Under the pieces are notes generated by a model. It was given only the letters and a program-made list of their open reading frames with translations, was not told the DNA's origin and searched no databases. The translations under genes were made by a program, and so were the position numbers. From Caecitellus pseudoparvulus (lineage: Eukaryota > Protista > Bigyra: Bicosoecida), in NCBI GenBank assembly GCA_965644315.1, contig CBFFRQ010000043.1, positions 496,001-560,000 of the forward strand: a DNA stretch of 64,000 nucleotides, in the 5' to 3' direction. How positions within the stretch are numbered: position 1 is the stretch's first letter; each line of letters begins with the position of its first letter. Positions 1 through 11,347 of this stretch are shown here, in pieces.

Positions 1-756
1 TGGCTTGTGAATGGTCTGCACCCGTACCGATTCTCAGCGAGTGTCTCCCAACACACCACGAAGGGAACCCCTGCAGCATGGATTTGTCGTCCCAGATCAA
101 GGCTGTTGCAGCAGTTGAGCACTACACACCGCAGCCCAGCTTGAACCTGCGCAGGGGCAGTGGAGTTGAGCGACTGCGTCACGGAGGTAGGCTGGCTCGC
201 GCCCGCTGCGCGTCTCACGGCCTGGGACATGCACTGCAGCAGTCCTTCCACAGATACTGCCTCCGATTTTCCGGTGCCGGGCTGGGTCAGCCATATGGTG
301 TGCTGCTGTTTCCCACTCGCATCTGCAGAGGAGCGTGCGGAGGTTCATTTCCGCAGAGAGCACCGAGGCAACACCACCTGGTCTCCTTACCTGCAACGGG
401 GTCCCCGTGGCCGAGGTAGTGCAGCACGCTGGGAGTTCTGATCATCAGTACTCGTTGAAGGTCAATTGCCGTGGCACGGTGGTGAATGGACTGAGTCTGG
501 GGGACAGCGCCTGTGCAGGAGGCAGAGGGACGATTGCAACGCTGCGTTTGTTGGAGCAACAGCTGCGCCGAGCCGTACCAGTCTCCGCAATGGCCTGTAC
601 TTCATCCAAGGCTTGCGACTCCCTGTCTTTGGAGTGCCCGACAAACACCTCCACTGTCACTTTGTCCAATGCTGCAGCGTCCCTGCGAGACGAATCTTCA
701 CAGATCCCGCCCGTGCTGGTGAGGGTGCCGCCCGTGCACGCAGTTGCGGCTGCCAT
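1..756 (-). CDS. CHAT (caspase-like, clan CD) protease domain protein; 5' part only, runs off the left edge
   Basis: Manual splicing: exons 756-579, 510-391, 322-28, with 68-nt GT-AG introns at 578-511 and 390-323 and a donor at 27. Translation gives ...RATAIDLQRVLMIRTPSVLHYLGHGDP...LRCVVLNCCNSLDLGRQIHAAGVPFVVCWETL, matching the CHAT His (HxxGHG) and Cys (LNxC) motifs. Confidence 0.75.
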
Positions 757-1307
757 GATCAGTGGCGTCTGCTGACGGCGCACAAGAACCTAGTATGAGT
801 ATGTTCCTGATTGGGAGTCCCGGTGGTTGAGTGCCATTCGTTGGTTCTTTGTCTGGCGGGTTCTTCTGCCCTCCCTCGTGGCTCAGGTCGCACTGAGCAG
901 GGCTGCCCAGCGGCAAGTATTCTAAGGGCCGCGTGCCATTTGGTTCCTTGGAGACAGGATGTGATCCTAGTGGTAGTCACTAATCCTTCCATTTTAGTAT
1001 TGCGCCTGAAGAGTGAATCGGGGCTGCCTCAACGGCAGGGGAGCAGGTCAGCACCTGGTTGGGGGGGGTACTCTGTGCTGCAGTTTGCGTCGGCACAGCA
1101 CACTTGGGCAGACAATCTACGAATACCTAGGTGGGCACCATACTCGCGTCTCGCTTGGCGAGTTCTGCACGCTCATGAACAAGGCAGGGCAGGGCCGGAC
1201 CGCAGAGCAAAGCGAACCGCGTTGCTTGCGTTGGCACCCGCTACGTGGTGCTCTCCCGGGAAGGGCGTAGTGCGAGCCGTCAACCCATGTCCACCCTTTG
1301 AACGGCG

Positions 1308-3749
1308 ATGAATTTGTCTTTTGCGAGCGATGAAGGCGATGCTTTCATCTCGTCCCTGCTGACGTCTCCGGGCATGCCGGCAGCGGCGGCGGACGTGAGC
1401 CACAGCCTTTCATCGGTGCGTGCTGGCCCGCTTGGAGGGATCGCTGCAGTGACTTGCCACACACCCTTCCGGCTCAATACTGCACAGTTTGCATCCAACG
1501 TCCAGGCCAAGCTTGATGGGAGCTTTGCAGGGCCGACAGCGGCCGTTGGAGCGGGCAGCAGTTTCGCTGGCGTTTCAGGCGCGCGTAGCGCCGCCAGCGA
1601 AGCTCCCCCGGCCTCGAAGGACCTCCTGCTCACGGTGGCTCGGCAGGAAGCTGAAATCCTCGAGTTAAAGTCGGCGCTCGATGCATCGAGGTCTGAAGTG
1701 GAGGCGGGGACCCCGCCAGGTCCAGGTTTGAACACACCCGCACGTGGTCAGAAGCGGCGTCGGACAAGTTCTGCCTCCGGTGGGGGCCTCGAGTCCTCTC
1801 CACGACAAGCTCAAGGACTCACTGCAGCCCTGGAGGTGTCTAGTCTACAGGACCAGGTCCAGGCTCTGCGTCAGGAGGTGCAGGCAGGGCAGGCGGAGGT
1901 GCAGGAGGCCCGCGCGGCTGCTGCCAACGCTCGTGAGCGACAAGCCCGCGCGGAGGCAGAGCTGCACAGGGGCCAGCAAGCCTGGGACGCCGAACGGTCG
2001 GACTTGCTGGCTCGCCTGCGAGATGTCGAAGCTGCCGCTGCTGCGCGGCCGGAGCCGGCCGCCGCCCCTGCGCCGGCACCCACGCCGCCTGACGCCGCAC
2101 TGGTGCAGCTGGAGCAGCGCTTGACATCGCAGCGGGAGAAGTACGAAGGCATGCTGTCCGAGCTGCAGGGCGAGATCAAGGCGCTGAAGGAGGCGGCTGC
2201 CGCGGCGGCTGCCCCGCCTCCCGCCGCCACTGCCACAAGCCCAGACCGCGGCGTGTCAGCCGACACCAGCAGCCTGCAGGCCGAGGTGGTGGCTCTGCGC
2301 CGCGCCAACATGACCTTGCGGCGGGACGTGGCGGCGGCGCAGCGCAAGGCCCGGCGCACGCGTGCAGCTGCAGACACGACGGACACCCAGCATGGGCCTG
2401 CCGTGCTGCGGGAACAGGTGGCGTCACTGACAGGACAGGTCGCCCGCTTGCAGGAGCAGTCGCAAGAGGCGGCACGTGCCCGTGCTGCACTGCAGCACGC
2501 CACCACTGCCTGCTCCAAGGCTGCCCGGGGCTTGGAGGAGCTGGTGGCGGGCACGCAGGAGGCCGCGGCGGAGGCCACTGCCGGGCTGGACTCTGAGGAG
2601 CTGCCTGGGCTCACGGCTGCCGCGAACGCTGCCACAACCGCACTAGGCCGGGCAGTGGCAGAGGTGGCAGCTGCGTGGAGCGCCATGCAAGACGAAGGCA
2701 AGGCAGCAGCGGGGGCGTTGGGCACACTGCGCGTGAAGCTTGCGCGTGCGGAGCGCGGCGCCTCAGAAGCAGAGGCCCGGGCTGCGGCGCTGGAAGGGGA
2801 GGTGGCACAGGCTGACGCAGCGCGCATCACAGCCGTCACGTCTGCTGCGGCGGCTGAGCGGCGGGTGGCTTCCCTTCAGCGCGAGGTGGCGAGTCTGGAA
2901 GCGCTGGTGTCCAGCTTGCAGAGCCGCTCGCGAGGCAAGGCCGGCGCAGAGGACGACCAGGCGGTGCAGCACTTGAAGGAACAGCTGGAGGCTGCTCGGG
3001 CTGAGCTGGCGTCCTCCGCTGCTGCCACCTCTGACATGGCCCCCGCTGCGGCGGTGAGCCAACTGCAGTCGCAGGTGGCGTCCCTGAAGGAGCAGGTCGC
3101 CAAGTCCGGCAAGGCACTGGACACAGCGCTGGCTGGGCAGGAGAAGCTGGAAGCGGAGAACGCGGCGTTGCGGGCACGGGTGGGGCGGGGTGAGTACGAC
3201 ACTGCCACGACGAAGGTGCTGCACTTGCGGGCGAACCCTGCGTCCCAGGCCGCCCAGAAGGTGAAGGATGACGCAGCAGCGACAGTTGCAGAGCTGCAGG
3301 CTGAGGTTGAGCGTCTCCGAGCGCTGCAGCTCAGTGCTGGGGCTGATGCAGCGGCAGCCAGCGGCGCGGCAGGGCAGTCCACTGCTCTTGTGCCTGCCGC
3401 TGAGTTGAGCAATGCCCAGAAACGCGCGGACCGCCTCATGACGGTGTTCAAGAAGAAGATCAAGGCGTTCCGGCAGGGCGTGTACCTTATCACCGGCTGG
3501 AAGGTGGACATGGAGCTGCGCCCTGATGATTCGTCCACCTTCGTCCTGCGCTCGCAGTTCGCGGAGCTGGAGGGCGACAGCCTGCGCTTCTCCATCGACA
3601 GCGAGGAAACGGTGAACCTGGAGGCGACGCCCTTCTGCCCCAAGCGGGTTGACCAGCGCACGTACGCTTTCCTTCAAATGCGCGGGTCTGTGCCCGCGTT
3701 CGTGGCCCAGCTTGCGCTGGACCTGTTCGAGAAACAGACCCTCATGTAG
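1308..3749 (+). CDS. MAD1: Spindle assembly checkpoint protein MAD1
   Basis: 813-aa coiled-coil ORF with GEYDTATTKVLHLRANP (MAD2-binding region), RLMTVFKKKIKAFRQGVYLITGWKVDM and C-terminal SVPAFVAQLALDLF. Confidence 0.88.
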   Translation: MNLSFASDEGDAFISSLLTSPGMPAAAADVSHSLSSVRAGPLGGIAAVTCHTPFRLNTAQFASNVQAKLDGSFAGPTAAVGAGSSFAGVSGARSAASEAPPASKDLLLTVARQEAEILELKSALDASRSEVEAGTPPGPGLNTPARGQKRRRTSSASGGGLESSPRQAQGLTAALEVSSLQDQVQALRQEVQAGQAEVQEARAAAANARERQARAEAELHRGQQAWDAERSDLLARLRDVEAAAAARPEPAAAPAPAPTPPDAALVQLEQRLTSQREKYEGMLSELQGEIKALKEAAAAAAAPPPAATATSPDRGVSADTSSLQAEVVALRRANMTLRRDVAAAQRKARRTRAAADTTDTQHGPAVLREQVASLTGQVARLQEQSQEAARARAALQHATTACSKAARGLEELVAGTQEAAAEATAGLDSEELPGLTAAANAATTALGRAVAEVAAAWSAMQDEGKAAAGALGTLRVKLARAERGASEAEARAAALEGEVAQADAARITAVTSAAAAERRVASLQREVASLEALVSSLQSRSRGKAGAEDDQAVQHLKEQLEAARAELASSAAATSDMAPAAAVSQLQSQVASLKEQVAKSGKALDTALAGQEKLEAENAALRARVGRGEYDTATTKVLHLRANPASQAAQKVKDDAAATVAELQAEVERLRALQLSAGADAAAASGAAGQSTALVPAAELSNAQKRADRLMTVFKKKIKAFRQGVYLITGWKVDMELRPDDSSTFVLRSQFAELEGDSLRFSIDSEETVNLEATPFCPKRVDQRTYAFLQMRGSVPAFVAQLALDLFEKQTLM

Positions 3750-3755
3750 AGACGC

Positions 3756-3765
3756 CAATGCATTG
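3756..3765. promoter_or_regulatory. Palindrome CAATGCATTG in the 34-bp gap between convergent stop codons; candidate bidirectional 3'-end signal
   Basis: Perfect palindrome. Related ATGCAT/TGCAATGCA words follow many other stop codons in this window. Function is inferred. Confidence 0.4.
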
Positions 3766-3783
3766 CACACTCCCATCGCAGGG

Positions 3784-5738
<1,955 letters not shown>

Positions 5739-6139
5739 GGCTCCCCACGAGCTGCCGGCTTGAGCAACTGTGGTGCGGCTCCACCTGCGGAAGTTGCTTG
5801 GGACACCTGCTTCACTTGGTGCTGAGCCCGACAACGTGCGATGTGGCGGGGCTGGGCAAAGCGCCACCCGCGTGCAGGAGCAGAGTGTGCAGTTTTGCTG
5901 GGTGTCACTGTGGGTCAAGGTGCTCTGGGGCACGCATGGGCGCTTGGAGGTTCGCACCAAAGTACAGGTTGACACCCAAAGCCCAAGCCCGCACACTGAG
6001 CAACGGCCTGGCAAACTCAAAACATTGCCACAACCACCACTCAACTGGATGCACGTTCCATGCAGATCTGCTGCGGCTCAGCGCGTTTGGTGGCTTGCTC
6101 TCCACAAGGCCGCTCGAGCAGTCTCAGCCAGCACCAGGC

Positions 6140-6814
6140 ATGGCGACCGTGAGTGTGAAGCAGAGCAGAGCAGCACGAGGCCTTCGAACCACACCACTTG
6201 CTTGCATGTGCAGGATGAAGGCCCTCCTGACATTGACGCATCGATGAAGCCATTGCTCCAGCTGCCTGGCGTGACTGCGTACATGGTCATCAACGAAGCA
6301 GGTGTGTGCTGTCGATTTGTCATCGCGGCTGGCGGCCACGCCATGTTGGAGGGTCACAAGACCCGCCTTCCCGCCCACGCTGCCGGTGCCCACACCGTCT
6401 CCACCACGTGCTTGACTGCTTCCTTTGCCAGGCATCCCCATCAAGTGGTCCGCGCAAGGATTCAAGGCGGAGGAGAAGCCAGCAGCCAGCACCATTCCTC
6501 CAGAGATCACACACCACGCTGCCTTGCTGGGCGAGCTGTCCCGCAAGTGCAAACAGACATGCCATGAATTATGGGCCAGTGACGTGCGTCTGTCGTGCTC
6601 TGCCTTGCGCCCTGCCCTTGCACGCTGCCACCTGTCCTCGACGCCATCCGCGCAGGGGACAGAGGCCGAGGCCATGGACTACGTGCGCCTGCGCACTGAC
6701 AAGAACGAAATCATCATCGCGCCGGGGGACAGCTGCACACTGGTGGTGATGCAGGCCGCAAACGAGGCGGAGGAGGAGGACGAGGCGGGTGAAGTCGGCG
6801 AGGCAGACGAATGA
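6140..6814 (+). CDS. Dynein light chain roadblock/LC7 family protein; 4 exons
   Basis: Spliced product MAT-DEGPPDIDASMKPLLQLPGVTAYMVINEAGIPIK...HHAALLGEL...MDYVRLRTDKNEIIIAPG fits the roadblock pattern (GV..Y.VIN..GIPIK; LR.RT.K.EI.IAP). Confidence 0.85.
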
Positions 6815-6981
6815 CGCGTCCCTGCCGTGGCATTGGCACCATGCGTGCCTCTTCGCCGCTTCAGCTGCGGGCGACTGGCCGCTCCCAGCGGCCCCAGGCG
6901 GGCCAGCGGCCCCTGGTGCTGCACAGGGCACTGCCCCCACATTTGGTGCAGAGCAGCTCCAGCCCTCGCTCTGCAATGCAC

Positions 6982-7473
6982 TTAGTCCGCTTTTTCCTTA
7001 TCCGCTTGCTGGGCTTTCCTGCGCTCGGCCTTGAGCTGAAGGACCTTCACTCGCACCATGGTTTGCCCAGTCTTCCAGACGATATTCACCAACATCCCCA
7101 GCAGCACCAGCACTTGGGGCAGCGACCACATGACCGACATGAACACGCCGCCATCGTCAAAGTAGTCCTGAGTTGCGACCTCCTGCCAGTGCTGGGACCC
7201 CAGCATGTTAAGCGGGTACGCAGCCAAGACGAGGGCGCCCAGGATGAAGAACAGCCCCGTGTGCAGCATCAGCTCGCTAGAAGTCGCCACAGCTGCCACA
7301 CAGGCCAGCACGTGCCACGTGAGCATGGCCACGATGAGCGGCTCCTTCCAGTTCACCGCATGGGCAAAGCCCATGATGACCTCATAGAGTGACGATTCCT
7401 GGCTCCTGCGAGCCGCCATCTGGGCCGCAAGGTCTGCCTGAGCGGCGTCCAGCATCCGCTGCATGCCCTCCAT
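6982..7473 (-). CDS. TMEM18: TMEM18-family membrane protein
   Basis: AVNWKEP, LN..GSQHWQE.ATQDYFDDGGVFMS motifs, hydrophobic helices and a basic C-terminal tail. Confidence 0.82.
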   Translation of the reverse strand: MEGMQRMLDAAQADLAAQMAARRSQESSLYEVIMGFAHAVNWKEPLIVAMLTWHVLACVAAVATSSELMLHTGLFFILGALVLAAYPLNMLGSQHWQEVATQDYFDDGGVFMSVMWSLPQVLVLLGMLVNIVWKTGQTMVRVKVLQLKAERRKAQQADKEKAD

Positions 7474-7769
7474 GCTGTGCGGAATTTGAGCCCTTGCTCA
7501 GTGTGCCAGGCCCTTCTGCAAGCGCCGTGGATGCAGCGGCACGAGGGGGACTTCCTGGGCTCAGTGGTACTGCAGGGTTCATGTGGGGCGCCCGGGCGAG
7601 TGCTTGCAGAGAGGGTGGTGGTCTGTGGAGGGGGGTGCAGGGGGGGCTGCCATGGGCTTGAGCACGCCAGCACTTCCTAGCCCGGTCAACTTTCAACCTC
7701 ACAGACAAACTTGGTACTGCTCCCGGCAGTGCACCCGTTGTGAAGACCCAGACTTCACACTGCAGCAAC

Positions 7770-10319
7770 ATGCGAACCCTGAAGTACTTCCTGGCAGCAG
7801 CCATCGTGGCTGGTGAGTGTGCCTCCGTGCTTCGGCATCGCTTGCCACCTGGCACCTTCCACGTGTCTTGCCCCCTTTCACAGCTGCAGCCACGTACGTG
7901 GCGGCCGCTGACGAGGATGAGCCCAGTACGTGACATGCCTTGTTGCTATGTGCTTTGTCAGGCTTTCGGCGTGTGCGCCTGGGGGCTGACGGCGTGGTGC
8001 CCGGGCATGCGGCGCCAGCTGGCACCCAGCCTCTGCGAAGGTTCCATGCCCGGGGTCCACGTGGATGCCCGCTGCGGCTTTCTAGTGCGGAACCAGCAGC
8101 AACTTGTCACCGCGAAGGGTGCCTTGTGTTGGCTTGTGTGCAGCGCGGCCTGTTTACGAGCTGCGCTGACTGAGTGAGAGGTTGGCGAAGGCGTGTCCAG
8201 CATGTTCGACACGTGTCTTGAAGTGCCTTGCCACGCGCCGCTCACTGGTGCACCGCACCTTGAATTGAGTCTTGGGTATTTCTTATCCCTTGTTTCCACC
8301 AGTTTTGTCTGCATTTACGTGCAGGCGGGCCTGCAGTGCCTCCGCGCCGCGGCGTGGCTCGGCTGTGATGGCATCACACGTCAGCACGCATGCCCCGCCC
8401 CCCTCCTCGCAGTTGGCACGACCGTGGGCATCGATCTGGGCACGACATACTCTTGTGTGGGTGTGTACAAGGATGGTGGCGTGGAGATCATCCCCAACGA
8501 CCAGGGTAACCGCATCACGCCCTCCTACGTCGCGTGGGACTCTGCTGGCGAGCGCCTGGTCGGCGATGCCGCGAAGAACCAGGCCACTGTGAACCCCTCC
8601 AACACTGTCTTCGACGTGAAGCGCATGATTGGCCGCAAGTTCTCTGACAAGACTGTGCAGGCTGACATGAAGCTGTGGCCATACAAGGTCGTGTCCAAGG
8701 CCGGCCGCCCCTACGTGGAGGTGGACGTGTCCGGCACTGCCAAGCAGTTTGCACCAGAGGAGATCTCAGCCATGGTGCTGGGCAAGATGAAGGTCATTGC
8801 CGAGAACTACCTGGGCAAGGAGATCAACAACGCAGTGGTGACGGTGCCTGCGTACTTCAACGACGCGCAGCGTCAGGCCACCAAGGATGCCGGCAAGATC
8901 TCCGGCATGGTTGTGCGCCGCATCATCAACGAGCCCACTGCCGCCGCCATCGCGTACGGCTTGGACAAGAAGGACGGCGAGAAGAACATCCTCGTCTTCG
9001 ACCTGGGTGGCGGCACCTTCGATGTGACTGCCCTGACCATTGACAACGGCGTGTTCGAGGTGCTGGCCACCAACGGTGACACTCACTTGGGTGGCGAGGA
9101 CTTCGACCAGCGCGTCATGCAGTACTTCATCAAGGTCTTCAAGAAGAAGCACAAGAAGAACATCTCTTCCGACAAGCGTGCTGTCCAGAAGCTGCGCCGC
9201 GAGGTGGAGCGCGTCAAGCGCACTCTGTCCACGCAGCACCAGGCCCGCGTGGAGGTGGAGGCGCTGTTCGACGGCATTGACTTCTCCGAGACCCTGACCC
9301 GTGCCCGCTTTGAGGAGCTGAACATGGACCTGTTCAAGAAGACCCTGACCCCCGTGAAGAAGGTCCTGGACGACGCTGGCCTGAAGAAGAACGAGCTGGA
9401 CGAGATCGTGCTGGTGGGTGGCTCCACCCGCATCCCCAAGGTGCAGAGCCTGCTGAAGGACTACTTCAACGGCAAGGAGCCCAACCGCGGCATCAACCCC
9501 GACGAGGCAGTTGCGTACGGCGCAGCTGTGCAGGGCGGCATCCTCTCCGGCGAGGCTGCTGAGGACACCAAGGACATCCTGCTGCTGGATGTCGCCCCCC
9601 TGTCCCTCGGCATTGAGACTGTCGGTGGTGTGATGACCAAGCTCATCACCCGCAACAGCGTCATCCCCACCAAGAAGTCCCAGACCTTCTCCACCTACCA
9701 GGACAACCAGCCCGCCGTGAAGATTCAGGTTTTCGAGGGCGAGCGCTCCATGACCAAGGACAACCACCTCCTGGGCTCCTTCGAGCTGTCCGGCATCCCC
9801 CCTGCGCCCCGTGGCACCCCTCAGATCGAGGTCACCTTCGAGGTGGACGCCAACGGCATCCTGCAGGTGTCTGCAGAGGACAAGGGCACCGGCAAGAGCG
9901 AGAAGATCACCATCACCGCCGAGAAGGGGCGCCTGTCTCCTGAGGAGATCGAGCGCATGGTGCAGGAGGCAGAGGAGTACGCTGACGAGGACAAGGCCGT
10001 CATGGGCCGCATTCAGGCCCGCAACTCCCTGGAGGGCTACGCGTACAACCTGAAGAACCAGCTGGAGGACGAGGAGAAGCTGGGCGGCAAGGTCTCTGAG
10101 GAGGACTCCGAGACCATCACCACCGCAGCGGACGAGGTCCTGGACTGGCTGGATGAGAACCAGGAGGCTTCCCAGGAGGAGCTGGAGGAGAAGCAGAAGG
10201 AGCTGGAGGGCATCGCCAACCCCATCATTAGCGCTGTGTACCAGCAGGCTGGTGGCGCCCCTGGTGGTGACGACGAGGGTGACTTCGGTGACGAGGACGA
10301 CTTCTCTGAGGAGCTGTAG
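7770..10319 (+). CDS. BiP: ER luminal Hsp70 chaperone BiP/GRP78
   Basis: Signal-peptide exons 7770-7812 and 7884-7925 ([28 protein letters not shown]) splice in phase to 8413. Contains [22 protein letters not shown]-like ([11 protein letters not shown]) and [11 protein letters not shown] signatures, C-terminal SEEL retention-like signal and strong C/G-ending codon bias. Confidence 0.96.
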
Positions 10320-10464
10320 GCGCCTCGGTCTGCCCCCAATCGAAGACACTCCGAATTCAAACTTGTTTCACCCCTGCCCTTGTAGACCGCCTCCACCACC
10401 CCTTGTCATGTGTAGGTTGGACGCTACGTTGCGGCAGCGCACTCTCTTGCACGTCCCGCACGAC

Positions 10465-11325
10465 ATGGACAGATTGAACCAGACCCTGTTTCTGGAGGGC
10501 CCAGACGGGCAGCGGATTCCAGTCATGATCGAGGGATACGACGCCAGGACAGGGCAGGGAATCATCAGGCCAGTGCAATCCCTGCCGCCCTCAACTCCTG
10601 CACGGGAGGGCAAGGGAGGCCCCGGCGCAGGCGGGTCGGGCAGCGGAAATAGGCCTGCCCCCTCAGCGCCCATTCTGTTCCCTACTAGCCCTGCGGGGGA
10701 CAAAGCCATCACTGCGGCAGGGCCAGGGTTCACTGCTTCTGTGATGCTCCACCCTCCCAGCACCACTCACGTGTCTGCAACGGGTTTTCACAATGCCTGT
10801 GTGTCTGAGACGTGGACTGCTTTGAGAGCCCCCCGAGCGAGTGATGTGTACGAGCTGGATTCTCTGAAAGCCTTGCCCCCCGCCGGGTACGAAGATGAGC
10901 CCATGATAGCAGAGCACCTGGAGGCTCACTATGCTTCATCCGTTGCAGCAGCCTCTGCGGCAGCAGCTGCACACAAGGCTGCCTTGGACGCTGCTACGCA
11001 GGAGCGCCGGGAGCTCACGGCCACGGCCACTGCGCACTTCAAGGCTCAGGCCAGCAGCAAGCAGGCTGCTAGCTCCAGCTCCACGGCATCAAGTTCAACG
11101 GGCGGGAAGGGGAAGCCCGTGCAAGCTCTGCGGCGGCCTCAGCGAGGTGCGCGCAAGCGTGGCAGGGCTGGAGACGGGGATGAGACAGTCGGTGGCACGC
11201 CCGGCGCGACGCCGCCCTCCACCCCAGGGGAGTCCCCATCGTCCCCAAGTGAAGGAGGGGGTGCTGCTGCCACGTTGGCTGCAGCAGTGGGCGACTTGTC
11301 CGGTCCCCAGCCGCCCCCCGCATGA
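10465..11325 (+). CDS. Hypothetical protein with basic putative NLS (RGARKRGR)
   Basis: Open frame from MDRLNQTLFLEGPDGQRIPV fills the gap between BiP and epsilon-tubulin. No family recognised. Confidence 0.55.
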   Translation: MDRLNQTLFLEGPDGQRIPVMIEGYDARTGQGIIRPVQSLPPSTPAREGKGGPGAGGSGSGNRPAPSAPILFPTSPAGDKAITAAGPGFTASVMLHPPSTTHVSATGFHNACVSETWTALRAPRASDVYELDSLKALPPAGYEDEPMIAEHLEAHYASSVAAASAAAAAHKAALDAATQERRELTATATAHFKAQASSKQAASSSSTASSSTGGKGKPVQALRRPQRGARKRGRAGDGDETVGGTPGATPPSTPGESPSSPSEGGGAAATLAAAVGDLSGPQPPPA

Positions 11326-11347
11326 TGAGCCAGGGCCGTGCCCAGCG

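Noticed and set aside
800-1040. Possible RNase MRP RNA (AGTCCC near 816 could pair with GGGGCT near 1020; GAGTGCC nearby)
   Set aside because: The first motif deviates from the GAAAGUC consensus and I could not build convincing P1-P3 helices. It is more simply the divergent promoter of the CHAT gene and MAD1. An Rfam/Infernal scan would settle it.
8766-10349. 527-aa antisense ORF over BiP
   Set aside because: Long antisense frames are a known by-product of strong C/G-ending codon bias in Hsp70 genes. No protein-like motifs.
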